Counted from the first letter of the stretch, positions 1-9,241 are shown. The stretch: DNA of 64,000 nucleotides from Candidatus Kaiserbacteria bacterium (GCA_016217925.1 JACRFK010000003.1:8364-72363), one strand, 5' to 3'. Notes: generated by a model from the letters alone, not told the origin. Numbers and translations: made by a program.

Positions 1-1
1 G

Positions 2-292
2 CTCGATGTGTGGGCGGCTCACGGAGTGGGCGGCTTGGCGGGAGCAATACTGACGGGCTTCTTCGCCGAGAAGGCAATCAACGCGGCGGGTAACAACGGG
101 GCGCTCTTCGGGAATCCGGACCAGGTCATGATTCAGATAGTTGCGGTCGCAGCGACGGCCGTCTACGCATTCGTCGCGACGTACGTGCTTCTCAAGGTCA
201 TCTCGTTCTTCTCGCCTTTGCGCGTCGAGTCGCACGAAGAGGAAGAAGGGCTCGACATGGCCACGCACGGCGAGTCTGCTTACAGAATGTGA
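2..292 (+). CDS. amtB: Ammonium transporter, C-terminal part (runs off window start)
   Basis: DVWAAHGVGG...G.ILTG.FA and LRV...EEEGLD...HGE.AY are AmtB C-terminal motifs. Confidence 0.93.
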   Translation, partial: LDVWAAHGVGGLAGAILTGFFAEKAINAAGNNGALFGNPDQVMIQIVAVAATAVYAFVATYVLLKVISFFSPLRVESHEEEEGLDMATHGESAYRM

Positions 293-380
293 ATTCAATA
301 ATTGCCTCCAAGGGAATTATTGAATTCACGTCGGTTTGTTCCAAAGAAACCGACGCCCCGCCCGCGCGAGTACGCGCGGG
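289..380. terminator. Hairpins between convergent amtB and uppS
   Basis: Perfect 15-bp inverted repeat GTGAATTCAATAATT (289-303) / AATTATTGAATTCAC (315-329), and CCCGCGCG-AGTA-CGCGCGGG (361-380). Confidence 0.55.
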
Positions 381-385
381 CGAGA

Positions 386-1072
386 TCACTGACCGAGTCG
401 CCGCTCGCGTGCCGCGTACTCTTTGAGGACCGCTTCAAGATCCGCCTTCGTAAATGCGGGCCAGTGTGTTTTCAGGAAGAAGAGTTCGCTGTATGCGCTC
501 TGCCACAAAAGGAAATTAGAGAGCCGCTGTTCGCCGCCCGTCCGGATGATAAGGTCGGGATTGGGCATACCGTTCGTCCACAGGTGCTTTGCGAGCGACT
601 CCTCGGTAATTGCCTCGTTCGCTTCTTGCGCTGCACGGGCCGCATGCGTTATCTCCGCGTGGCTCCCGTATGAAAGACATACCCACACTGTCAGGCGGGG
701 TTCTCCGGGATTTTTTGCTTCGACATCGCGCATCGCTTCTTGAAGTGACGGGGAGAAACGCTCTATCTGGCCGACGAAGCGCACCGCGATGTTCTCTTGC
801 GCGAATTTCTTCATGCGCTCCCGTATCGTGGATTCGAATATTTCCATGAGGTACGAGACCTCTTCTCTGCTACGACTCCAGTTTTCAGTCGAAAATGCGT
901 ACACGGCCATGTGCTGTATCCCGAGGTCGCGCGCGGCGTAAGCGATTGATTCCACATTGTTCATTCCCCGGCGGTGACCTTCGAAAGAGGGGAGCGCGTT
1001 CTCTTTGGCCCACCTGCGATTACCGTCGAGTATGATTCCTATGCATCGGGGTATGTTGTTTTTGTCGCTCAT
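386..1072 (-). CDS. uppS: Undecaprenyl/polyprenyl diphosphate synthase
   Basis: IILDGNRRWA, YAFSTENWSR, PDLIIRTGGEQRLSNFLLWQSAYSE. Confidence 0.97.
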   Translation of the reverse strand: MSDKNNIPRCIGIILDGNRRWAKENALPSFEGHRRGMNNVESIAYAARDLGIQHMAVYAFSTENWSRSREEVSYLMEIFESTIRERMKKFAQENIAVRFVGQIERFSPSLQEAMRDVEAKNPGEPRLTVWVCLSYGSHAEITHAARAAQEANEAITEESLAKHLWTNGMPNPDLIIRTGGEQRLSNFLLWQSAYSELFFLKTHWPAFTKADLEAVLKEYAARERRLGQ

Positions 1073-1081
1073 AGTTGAAAG

Positions 1082-1354
1082 CTAGTAGACGATATCGAAG
1101 TCGTCAAATTGTTTTGTCGCCTCTCTCCACTCACTCTCGACCGAATCCACGCGCGAAAAGAGCGGCCCATGGTGTAGCGCTTCAAGTAATTTCTCGAGAA
1201 GCCCCCTTTCTCCTTGCGCTACCACCTCGACCGTCCCATCGGAGCGGTTCTGTACGAAACCGATGAGATCGAGTTTACGGGCCGCGCGCTGCGCAAAATC
1301 ACGGAACATCACCAATTGCACACGACCGCGTATAATCGCACGGAGTTCCACCAT
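1082..1354 (-). CDS. acyP: Acylphosphatase
   Basis: GRVQ.V.FR, G.V.N..DG.VEVVAQG, GP..SRVD.V. Confidence 0.92.
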   Translation of the reverse strand: MVELRAIIRGRVQLVMFRDFAQRAARKLDLIGFVQNRSDGTVEVVAQGERGLLEKLLEALHHGPLFSRVDSVESEWREATKQFDDFDIVY

Positions 1355-1401
1355 CGTAAAACAATACCACTTTCTTCTCAGGCCGTGTATTCTTATGTGC
1401 T

Positions 1402-2235
1402 ATGAGCCGCACTTCTTTCGCGCCGGGCAAGATAATTCTATCCGGAGAGTACGGAGCGCTCTTTGGCCGTGCGGGTATTGCGGTCCCTTCACGCTTCGGC
1501 GTACGTGCGACATTCGACGAAGACTCTGCTCTCGGACGAATCGAGATACTTTGGGAGAGCAACGAACAATGGCTGCCGTACGTCGAAAGAATAGTTGCCG
1601 CGTTCGAGGAAAGGAACAGCGCTTTCTCGGGCAGACTTACCATCAATTCAGATGTTCCAATAGGCAAGGGGATGGGCTCGTCAACTGCGCTTACTGTCGC
1701 CGTCGCGCTCTCTCTCATCGGTGATTCGCGCGAGATGACCCTTCACATCGAAAATACTCTCAGTCCCGGGAACAGCGGTTTCGACTTCGCCGTTATTTGG
1801 CAAGGTACTCCGATACTGTATAGAAAGGGTGAGGTACAGCTCATCGAGCTGCCCGCGAAACTTCTCCGGGATGCCGTACTTATCGACACGGGGGTTCCTG
1901 GAGAACCTACAAACGAACTCGTTGCATGGATGCGAGGCCGGGAACCGGACATCTGGGAGCATTTGGACACTATCGGCACTTGCACCGAGCGACTTATGCG
2001 GGGTGAACCTTTCGATATAGTCATGCGCGACCATCATAAAGCGCAGGTTGCGCTTGGCGTGGTGCCGCCGGAGGCACAACAGCTTATCGCAGCTATTGAA
2101 TCCGCGGGTGGTGCGGGAAAGGTTATCGGCGCAGGCAGCCGCGCGGGTGGCGCGGGCATGGTCCTGGCATTGGGTGATGAAAAAACGATTGGAGACATTG
2201 CGCGAAAATGGCACATGCCCACAATGACTCCATGA
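1402..2235 (+). CDS. GHMP kinase, mevalonate or phosphomevalonate kinase-like (short, divergent)
   Basis: APGKIILSGEY, PIGKGMGSSTA, SGFD, GKVIGAG; first gene of the MVA operon. Confidence 0.8.
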   Translation: MSRTSFAPGKIILSGEYGALFGRAGIAVPSRFGVRATFDEDSALGRIEILWESNEQWLPYVERIVAAFEERNSAFSGRLTINSDVPIGKGMGSSTALTVAVALSLIGDSREMTLHIENTLSPGNSGFDFAVIWQGTPILYRKGEVQLIELPAKLLRDAVLIDTGVPGEPTNELVAWMRGREPDIWEHLDTIGTCTERLMRGEPFDIVMRDHHKAQVALGVVPPEAQQLIAAIESAGGAGKVIGAGSRAGGAGMVLALGDEKTIGDIARKWHMPTMTP

Positions 2236-3203
2236 AAAAGATAGTGGTTTCAGCGCCGGGGAAACTCATGCTCTTGGGAGAGCATGCGGTCGTATATAAC
2301 CACTCGTGTATCGTCACGGCAGTTGGGCAGCGAATGTTCGTAACGCTTGAGCTACTGCCCGAACCAACGTTCGAACTCGAAGCGTCTGATGTAGAAGTGG
2401 CAGGATATAAAAAACGATTCGCAAGTTTGGGAGAAGGCGATATCCCAAAGGGAGCAAGGTTTGTTGAAATGGCAGTGAAGAACTTTACAAAAAGGTATCC
2501 GTTGAAAGGTGGAGTCCGAATCACTACAAAATCAGAGTTTTCTTCGTTGTTTGGTTTTGGTTCGTCTTCCGCCTCAACAGTCTGCGTTATCAAAGGGTTG
2601 GCAGAACTAACAAATACAAACCTAAGTAGCAAAGAAATATTTGAGCTAGCCTATAAAACGGTCCTTGATGTACAGGGAAAGGGTTCCGGTTTCGACGTCG
2701 CGGCGGCAATATACGGTAGGACACTTTATTTTGTCACCGGCGGAAAAGTAATCGAGCCTATTGCGTTGGACGAGCTCCCCCTTGTCGTCGGCTACACCGG
2801 GGTGAAGGCCGATACAGTGAGCTTGATTAATGCGGTCGCCGAAAAGGCTTTCCGACATCCAAAACGTATTGAAGTCATCTATACTCAGATCGGAGACATG
2901 GTCGACGAAGCTCACGCTGCATTGAAAGAAAGAAATTGGCCACTTGTGAGCGAGCTCATGGATTTCGATCAGGGCATGTTAGAGAGTCTTGGTGTCAGCA
3001 GCCAAAGGCTTGCCGGAATGATACACGCCGCGCGTGATGCAGGAGCGTGGGGCGCAAAACTTTCGGGAGCCGGCGGAGGCGACTGTATGATAGCCCTCGT
3101 CTCTCGTGAAAAAAAACAAGCCGTTTCTGAAGCGATTACGAAAGTAGGCGGACAAGTCATCGACGTGGCAACAAACGTGGAAGGCGTTAGAATCGAACTA
3201 TGA
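2232..3203 (+). CDS. GHMP kinase, mevalonate kinase or phosphomevalonate kinase
   Basis: SAPGKLMLLGEHAVVY, FGFGSSSA, GSGFDVAAAIYG, GAKLSGAGGGDC; ATGA overlap with the upstream stop. Confidence 0.85.
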   Translation: MKKIVVSAPGKLMLLGEHAVVYNHSCIVTAVGQRMFVTLELLPEPTFELEASDVEVAGYKKRFASLGEGDIPKGARFVEMAVKNFTKRYPLKGGVRITTKSEFSSLFGFGSSSASTVCVIKGLAELTNTNLSSKEIFELAYKTVLDVQGKGSGFDVAAAIYGRTLYFVTGGKVIEPIALDELPLVVGYTGVKADTVSLINAVAEKAFRHPKRIEVIYTQIGDMVDEAHAALKERNWPLVSELMDFDQGMLESLGVSSQRLAGMIHAARDAGAWGAKLSGAGGGDCMIALVSREKKQAVSEAITKVGGQVIDVATNVEGVRIEL

Positions 3204-4177
3204 AAGCTACCGCAACGGCACCCTCAAATATCGCTTTTATTAAGTATTGGGGACGCAAAGATGAAACGCTGCGTCTTCCCGAGAACGGAAGCTTGTCAAT
3301 GAATTTGAGTGCTCTACAGACGACCACGACTGTCGAGTTCTCACCGGATTATACCGAGGACCGTATTGAGATAAACGGCACGCGAGAACCAAACGAAAGC
3401 GGCCGAGCCGTTAAGCATTTAGATCGCGTGAGAGCATTGGCAAAAATTTCGGATTTCGCAAAGGTGGTAACCAAAAATAATTTTCCTACAGGCACCGGAC
3501 TTTCCTCATCCGCCTCGGGATTTGCGGCACTAACCGTTGCGGCTGCCAGCGCAGCGGGACTACAGCTTTCCGAGAAAGACCTGTCTATTTTGGCTCGACA
3601 AGGTTCGGGGTCTGCGTGTCGTTCGATATCCGATGGATTTGTAGAGTGGCTTGACGGGGATACATCTGATACCTCATATGCAACATCTCTGTATCCGCCG
3701 GACTATTGGGATTTAGTCGACGTTGTCGCAGTTGTAAGTGAAGGAAAAAAGGATGTCTCTACGTCCGAGGGACAAAAGGTGGTGGGTTCGAGCCCGTTCT
3801 TTCCTGTACGAAGAGCACACATAAAAGAAAAATTGGAGCAGGCAAAGACGTTACTCGCATCAAGAAACTTCCCAGAGTTTGGGGAACTGATCGAAACTGA
3901 AGCGCTGGAACTTCACGCGGTAATGCTCACCTCAAGACCTCCCCTCATCTATTGGACCTCCGGTACGCTCACCATCATGAAACTCTGTAAGAAATGGAGA
4001 ACTGAAGGACTGCAAGTTTACTTTACAATCAACACGGGCCAAGACATTCATCTCATTTGTGAACGAAAAAACCGCGAACGCGTGAAAAGCAAGTTGGCAG
4101 ATGTCGAAGGGGTAAAAGAAGTCATTGTAAATTTTCCCGCCGTTGGGGCAAGAATATCCGACGGGCACTTATTTTAA
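3200..4177 (+). CDS. mvaD: Diphosphomevalonate decarboxylase family protein
   Basis: SNIAFIKYWG, NNFPTGTGLSSSASG, ARQGSGSACRS. Confidence 0.9.
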   Translation: MKATATAPSNIAFIKYWGRKDETLRLPENGSLSMNLSALQTTTTVEFSPDYTEDRIEINGTREPNESGRAVKHLDRVRALAKISDFAKVVTKNNFPTGTGLSSSASGFAALTVAAASAAGLQLSEKDLSILARQGSGSACRSISDGFVEWLDGDTSDTSYATSLYPPDYWDLVDVVAVVSEGKKDVSTSEGQKVVGSSPFFPVRRAHIKEKLEQAKTLLASRNFPEFGELIETEALELHAVMLTSRPPLIYWTSGTLTIMKLCKKWRTEGLQVYFTINTGQDIHLICERKNRERVKSKLADVEGVKEVIVNFPAVGARISDGHLF

Positions 4178-4180
4178 GGT

Positions 4181-5347
4181 ATGGACTTGCGGAATTTTCC
4201 TGAAGAGCTCGATGCGGCGGGCCGCGTCTCAAAGCGGCGCTCTATCATCGAACAGCAACTGAACGTCGAGCTCGGCGCGCTTACGATCAGGCCAGAACAG
4301 ATCGGGACCGCAGATGAACAGAATTGCGAGCAGATGTTCGGCGCGGTCCCCGTACCTGTCGGGCTCGCAGGCCCGCTTCGCATCACCTTTAGTTCGGGAG
4401 AAACACACGACGATATCTACCTCCCGCTTGCAACGACCGAAGGCGCGCTCGTGGCGAGCGTCAATCGAGGCTGCAAGGCGCTGCGCGAAGCGGGCGGCGT
4501 CCGCGCGACGTCCGAATATGTCGGCATGACAAGGTCAATTGCGTTTGAAGTGAAAGATGCGGAAGCGGCTTCAGAGAAAATCCATGAGCTCGAATCTGCA
4601 TGGCAAAAAGTTGCCGAGGCGACGAGTAGCCACTTGAAGATACTTTCTTACGACGTTGATACGAAAGATGATGTGTTGTTTCTAACGATAGCGGCAGATA
4701 CCGATGAGGCGATGGGTATGAATATGGTGACTATCGCAGCGCAGGCAGTGGGGGAGTTCATCTCAAAAGAATTGAACATGCAGCTTCTCACGGTTGCAGG
4801 AAATGTGGATAGCGACAAAAAGCCAAGCATGCGGACAAAAACGCAGGGACGCGGGTATCGCGTGAGCGTTGAAGCCACGTTGCCCGAGGCCGTCATCCGG
4901 GAAGTCTTGAAATCGAGCGCGGACGCGCTGCTCAAAACCGCACGGGCGAAATTGGACATCGGGTCGGACATCGCGGGAGCCTTGGGGAAAAACCTGCACG
5001 TCGCGAATACCGTCGCCGCTCTCTACCTTGCGACGGGGCAGGACGCGGCGCATGTGGTGGAAGGCTCACTTGCGGACACGGCGGTGAGCAAACATAAAGA
5101 CGGCATCCGTATCAAAGTCGAGCTTCCCGCGCTGCTTGTCGGCATCCGCGGCGGCGGCACCAATCTTCCCGCACAGAAACAGTGTTTGGGTTTGGTGCTT
5201 CTTGAGAAAACAAAGCTCAGGCCGTCTACACAGCTTGCGGAGACTATTGCGGGGGCGGTCCTCGCGGGGGAGCTGTCGCTTCTCGCGGCCCAATCGACGA
5301 ACACACTCGCACGCGCACACCGCACGCTCGCGCGCAAAGGACGCTGA
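4181..5347 (+). CDS. hmgA: HMG-CoA reductase, class I type
   Basis: PLATTEGALVASVNRG, DEAMGMNM, GNVDSDKK, GQDAAH, GGGT, GELSLLAA. Confidence 0.93.
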   Translation: MDLRNFPEELDAAGRVSKRRSIIEQQLNVELGALTIRPEQIGTADEQNCEQMFGAVPVPVGLAGPLRITFSSGETHDDIYLPLATTEGALVASVNRGCKALREAGGVRATSEYVGMTRSIAFEVKDAEAASEKIHELESAWQKVAEATSSHLKILSYDVDTKDDVLFLTIAADTDEAMGMNMVTIAAQAVGEFISKELNMQLLTVAGNVDSDKKPSMRTKTQGRGYRVSVEATLPEAVIREVLKSSADALLKTARAKLDIGSDIAGALGKNLHVANTVAALYLATGQDAAHVVEGSLADTAVSKHKDGIRIKVELPALLVGIRGGGTNLPAQKQCLGLVLLEKTKLRPSTQLAETIAGAVLAGELSLLAAQSTNTLARAHRTLARKGR

Positions 5348-5386
5348 CGTTCCAGACTTCTCGTGAATTTGCTATACTCACTTTTA

Positions 5387-6418
5387 ATGAAGCATTCGGC
5401 AATTCTCGGCTTTGGCGTCTATCTGCCCAAGTACCGTATCAGGACCTCCGATATCGCGCGTCACTGGCAGCAGGACGCGGATGCGCTTGTCGCGAGCCTC
5501 GGCGTACATCAAAAATCCGTCGCGGGTCGCGACGAAGACACCTTTACAATGGCGTTCGAGGCGGCCCGCCTCGCGCTCGATATGTCGGGCGTTCCTTCCT
5601 CCCACGTGTCGGCGATCTTCGTCGGATCCGAATCCCATCCGTATGCGGTGAAACCAACGAGCGGCATGTTGGTCGCGGCACTCACACTCGATTCACTCTC
5701 CCATGCCGCTGATCTCGAATTCGCATGCAAGGCGGGTACGGCAGGCCTCCAGATGGTGGACAGTTTCGTGCGGAGCGGCCAGGTCCGTTACGGCCTCGCT
5801 ATCGGGACGGACACCGCGCAGGGCAAACCCGGCGATGCCCTCGAGTACACCGCAGCAGCGGGCGCGGCCGCCTTTGTGGTCGGGCCCGATACACACAAGA
5901 ACGCACTCTGTCGTATCGAAAAGACACTCTCGTTCACTACCGATACACCCGATTTCTGGCGGGCAAAAGGCGAGCAGTATCCGCGGCACGCGGGGCGCTT
6001 CACCGGCGAGCCGGGCTACTTTGAGCACGTTCGCGAGACCATCCGTGCGGCCCAAGATGCGTGGAAGTTGGACCTTGCGGAGATTGGCCACGTCGTATTC
6101 CACATGCCGAATGCAAAGTTCCCCATGCGCATCGCCAAAGAGTTCGGCATTACAAAGGGGCAGATGAGTGCGGGGTTTGTGGTACCCCAGATTGGCAACA
6201 CCTACAGCGCGTGCTCGCTCATCGGGCTTGTCTCCGTGCTCGAAAAAGTCAAAAAAGGGCAACGGATTCTCGTCGTTTCATACGGCTCGGGTTCCGGATG
6301 CGACGCCATCTTGATGACGGCTCAGAAAGACGGGAAGCCCCTTCCTGTCGATGTACGTGAACCTACGTACTTAGATTACAGCCAGTACCTGGAACACACC
6401 GGAGCACTTTCAGTATAA
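5387..6418 (+). CDS. HMG-CoA synthase, archaeal type (FabH-like)
   Basis: GSESHPYAVKP, DLEFACKAGT (catalytic Cys), TPDFWR, RFTGEPGYF, IGNTYS, SYGSGSG. Confidence 0.92.
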   Translation: MKHSAILGFGVYLPKYRIRTSDIARHWQQDADALVASLGVHQKSVAGRDEDTFTMAFEAARLALDMSGVPSSHVSAIFVGSESHPYAVKPTSGMLVAALTLDSLSHAADLEFACKAGTAGLQMVDSFVRSGQVRYGLAIGTDTAQGKPGDALEYTAAAGAAAFVVGPDTHKNALCRIEKTLSFTTDTPDFWRAKGEQYPRHAGRFTGEPGYFEHVRETIRAAQDAWKLDLAEIGHVVFHMPNAKFPMRIAKEFGITKGQMSAGFVVPQIGNTYSACSLIGLVSVLEKVKKGQRILVVSYGSGSGCDAILMTAQKDGKPLPVDVREPTYLDYSQYLEHTGALSV

Positions 6419-6423
6419 ATATG

Positions 6424-6569
6424 CCCCGTAGTGAAATGTGCCTTCGGCTCAAACAACCTATGAAAGCAAACAACAAACGATTCCAAAAGTGCTCCGGTCG
6501 GGAGTGCATGTACCAAGCCGCGGCAGGACGGCATGCCGCCTGCCGCAAAGGCACATTCTACTGACGGGG
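6424..6569. mobile_element. MITE-like element (CCCCGT...ACGGGG family) with TATG target duplication
   Basis: Imperfect terminal IR CCCCGTAGTGAAATGTGCCTT / AAGGCACATTCTACTGACGGGG; TATG at 6420-6423 and 6570-6573. Confidence 0.7.
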
Positions 6570-6570
6570 T

Positions 6571-7695
6571 ATGCAGCAAGACATCTTCTTGGTAGGGTCC
6601 GGGCTCACACGATTTGGCGAATGGTGGGACAAAAGTCTCCGGGACCTCATGCGCGAAGCGATCGAAGCGGCACTCGAGTCGTCGGGACTCCAAGCACAAG
6701 ACGTCGACCTCATCATTGTCGCAAACATGCTTGCCGAGGTTACGAACAACCAGGCTCATATGGCGGCGCTCGCATCGTCGCTCCTTCCGCACCACCCTCC
6801 TGCACTGCGCGTCGAGGCGGCGTGCGGATCGGGCGCGCTTGCGGTCAATACGGCGTGCGCATTTCTCGAGAGCGGAAGGGCAAAAACAGTACTCGTCGTC
6901 GGAGTGGAAAAGATGACCGACGCTTCGGCCGATGCCATTTCGCAGGCACTCATGGGGGCGGCCGACAGCGAGCTCGACGCTCCGTCGGGGCTCACCTTTC
7001 CGGGAATCTTCGGCCTCATTGCGAAAAGGTACATGTACGAATTCGGTCTCACACGCGAGCAACTCAGCATCGTCAGCTCGGTACACCACAAGCACGCGAC
7101 GGAAAACGCTTTTGCGCAGTTCCGCTACGAGCTTTCACCTGAAGCGGTAAGCGCGAGCCCGCTCGTGTCAGACCCGCTGCGTCTCTTTGATTGTTCGCCC
7201 ATCTCCGACGGAGCCGCCGCGTGCGTCCTTTCGACCGTACACAGAAGCGGTATGCGGCTTGCCGCGAGCCAGATTGCGAGCGATACGCTCAGCATCACGC
7301 AGCGCCCGACCATCGTGAGCTTCCCCGCGACGCGCGCGGCGATGGAGCTGGCACTCTGCGAAGCGGACATAACACGAAAGGACATTCACGCCCTCGAAAC
7401 GCACGATTGTTTCTCAATCGCCGCCGTTATCAATATGGAGGACCTCGGGTTTGCGAAGGAAGGCGAGGGGATACGCATCTATGAAGACCTGCACGCGGGG
7501 CACGCGCCGATGTTCGTCAACATGGGCGGAGGTCTGAAGGCGTGCGGCCACCCCGTCGCGGCGACGGGCATCAAGCAGCTGATAGATGTGAGCAAGAGTC
7601 TCACACGCGGCAGGGCGCGGTACGGTCTCGCACACAATTTCGGCGGTGCGGGCGCCACCTGCGGCATTCACGTCCTCGAAAATACACACGTATGA
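6571..7695 (+). CDS. Acetoacetyl-CoA thiolase, archaeal/SCP2-like
   Basis: RVEAACGSG, GVEKM, DCSPISDGAAA, ETHDCF, GGLKACGHPVAATG, HNFGG. Confidence 0.93.
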   Translation: MQQDIFLVGSGLTRFGEWWDKSLRDLMREAIEAALESSGLQAQDVDLIIVANMLAEVTNNQAHMAALASSLLPHHPPALRVEAACGSGALAVNTACAFLESGRAKTVLVVGVEKMTDASADAISQALMGAADSELDAPSGLTFPGIFGLIAKRYMYEFGLTREQLSIVSSVHHKHATENAFAQFRYELSPEAVSASPLVSDPLRLFDCSPISDGAAACVLSTVHRSGMRLAASQIASDTLSITQRPTIVSFPATRAAMELALCEADITRKDIHALETHDCFSIAAVINMEDLGFAKEGEGIRIYEDLHAGHAPMFVNMGGGLKACGHPVAATGIKQLIDVSKSLTRGRARYGLAHNFGGAGATCGIHVLENTHV

Positions 7696-7756
7696 ATCCC
7701 GCCCTTTCAGATTCTCCATATTGCAGCATGCTGATTATTAAGATAAAAAGAGCGGG

Positions 7757-8668
7757 ATGAATAACTCCGCTCCCATAGTGCAGCGTGCGCAGAAGCGCGA
7801 ACGGGACAAATTCCTCCCCGGCACGGTCGTTTCGTTCACGACGCTCTCGCATCCACCCGCACGCTTCGGGCCGAGGCCCCGCATGGTCGGCCTCGTCGAG
7901 CTTCAAAACGGGCGGCGCGTGCTCGCGCCGCTTGTCATGGATGCGCCGTACATCGGACAAACGGTACGCCCGCGCATGCGCCTTTCGCACGTGACCCATG
8001 AAGGCCTCCGCGTATACGAAGTCGCGTACGATGAGGCGCCCCAGGTCGCCGTGACGGAGGCGTTTTCCCGCTACCTGCTCGCTTTTACGGGCCCTTCCGG
8101 AGTCGGGAAATCAACGATAACGAAGATGCTCGCGCATGCGTGCTCCGACTACGTCGCGAAAGTACCCATCCTTACCACCCGTGCGCCGAAGCCGGGCGAC
8201 GACGGGGAGTATCTATACACGACTTCTGCTGAATTCGACCGCCTGAAGAAAACGGGGAAAATCGTCGCGATGACGGACATATCGTTTTCGAGCGAAGACT
8301 GGCGGTACGGGTACCGCGCCGCCGACATCGAGGAGATTTGGTCCGCGAGCAAAATACCGGTCGTCGTGACCGAAATGGAATTGCTCCAGGGTCTCGCCCA
8401 TCACTATGGCCGTCGTGCCGTCCTTTCGTTCGGGCTCCTCCCGCCCGGCAAGAGCAAGCGTGCGCGGCTCAGTCAACTGCTCCACCGGCTCCGTTCGCGC
8501 GGGCGTGAATCCGAAGCGCACATCCGCGACCGGCTCAAGAATGCGGAACGTGACCTCGCGTTCTTCGGAGAGCGCAAAGACCTCTTTGACCATATGGTGG
8601 TGAACGAAGACTTGTCTGCCCTTGTCGCCTCATTGAAAGAAAAAGTGCCCGGACTCTCGGGCGCTTGA
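7757..8668 (+). CDS. DUF35-type OB-fold fused to a guanylate-kinase-like P-loop domain
   Basis: N-terminal GTVVSFTT...PPARF...VGLVEL.NG...IGQ.V (OB fold); C-terminal GPSGVGKST, TTRAPKPG, RLRSRGRESE, FDHMVVNEDL. Confidence 0.8.
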   Translation: MNNSAPIVQRAQKRERDKFLPGTVVSFTTLSHPPARFGPRPRMVGLVELQNGRRVLAPLVMDAPYIGQTVRPRMRLSHVTHEGLRVYEVAYDEAPQVAVTEAFSRYLLAFTGPSGVGKSTITKMLAHACSDYVAKVPILTTRAPKPGDDGEYLYTTSAEFDRLKKTGKIVAMTDISFSSEDWRYGYRAADIEEIWSASKIPVVVTEMELLQGLAHHYGRRAVLSFGLLPPGKSKRARLSQLLHRLRSRGRESEAHIRDRLKNAERDLAFFGERKDLFDHMVVNEDLSALVASLKEKVPGLSGA

Positions 8669-8686
8669 GCCTAATCCGGCTTTCCT

Positions 8687-9241
8687 ATGGAACCTCTTTC
8701 CGCGGAAGAAGTAGTAGTGCTCGTGGATGAAGAGAACAATGTGCTCGGCACACAAGATAAATCTGCAGTACACGGCGCGACGACACCGCTGCACCGGGGC
8801 TTTTCACTTTTCCTTTTCGACCGCAGAGGGCATCTCTTGCTCCAGCAGCGCAGCCATGTGAAAAAAACGTGGCCGCTCGTCTGGTCCAATTCGGTGTGCG
8901 GACACCCGACGCTCGGCGAGACCAACGTCGATGCTGCGAAGCGCCGGTTGTCCCATGAGCTCCGCATGAGTGCCACGCTTATCGAGGAGGTCGCACCGTA
9001 TCGCTACTGCTTCACGCGCGATGGCGTGATGGAGAATGAGATATGCCCGATACTGTTGGGTCAAACTCTCGACCAACCAAACCCTAATGGTGAGGAAGTC
9101 GAGGCGACGCGTTGGGTGCCATGGCAGGAATTCCTGCACGAGCTCGACGAGAAGCCGGGATTCTACTCGCCCTGGTGCGAAGAAGAGGCGCGGATACTCG
9201 ACGGATTGCCGCGCTTCCACGAAGTAATCCCCACGAAGTAG
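8687..9241 (+). CDS. idi: Isopentenyl-diphosphate delta-isomerase type 1
   Basis: LHRGFS.FLF, LLQQRS..K.TWP.VWSNSVCGHP, ENEICP. Confidence 0.96.
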   Translation: MEPLSAEEVVVLVDEENNVLGTQDKSAVHGATTPLHRGFSLFLFDRRGHLLLQQRSHVKKTWPLVWSNSVCGHPTLGETNVDAAKRRLSHELRMSATLIEEVAPYRYCFTRDGVMENEICPILLGQTLDQPNPNGEEVEATRWVPWQEFLHELDEKPGFYSPWCEEEARILDGLPRFHEVIPTK

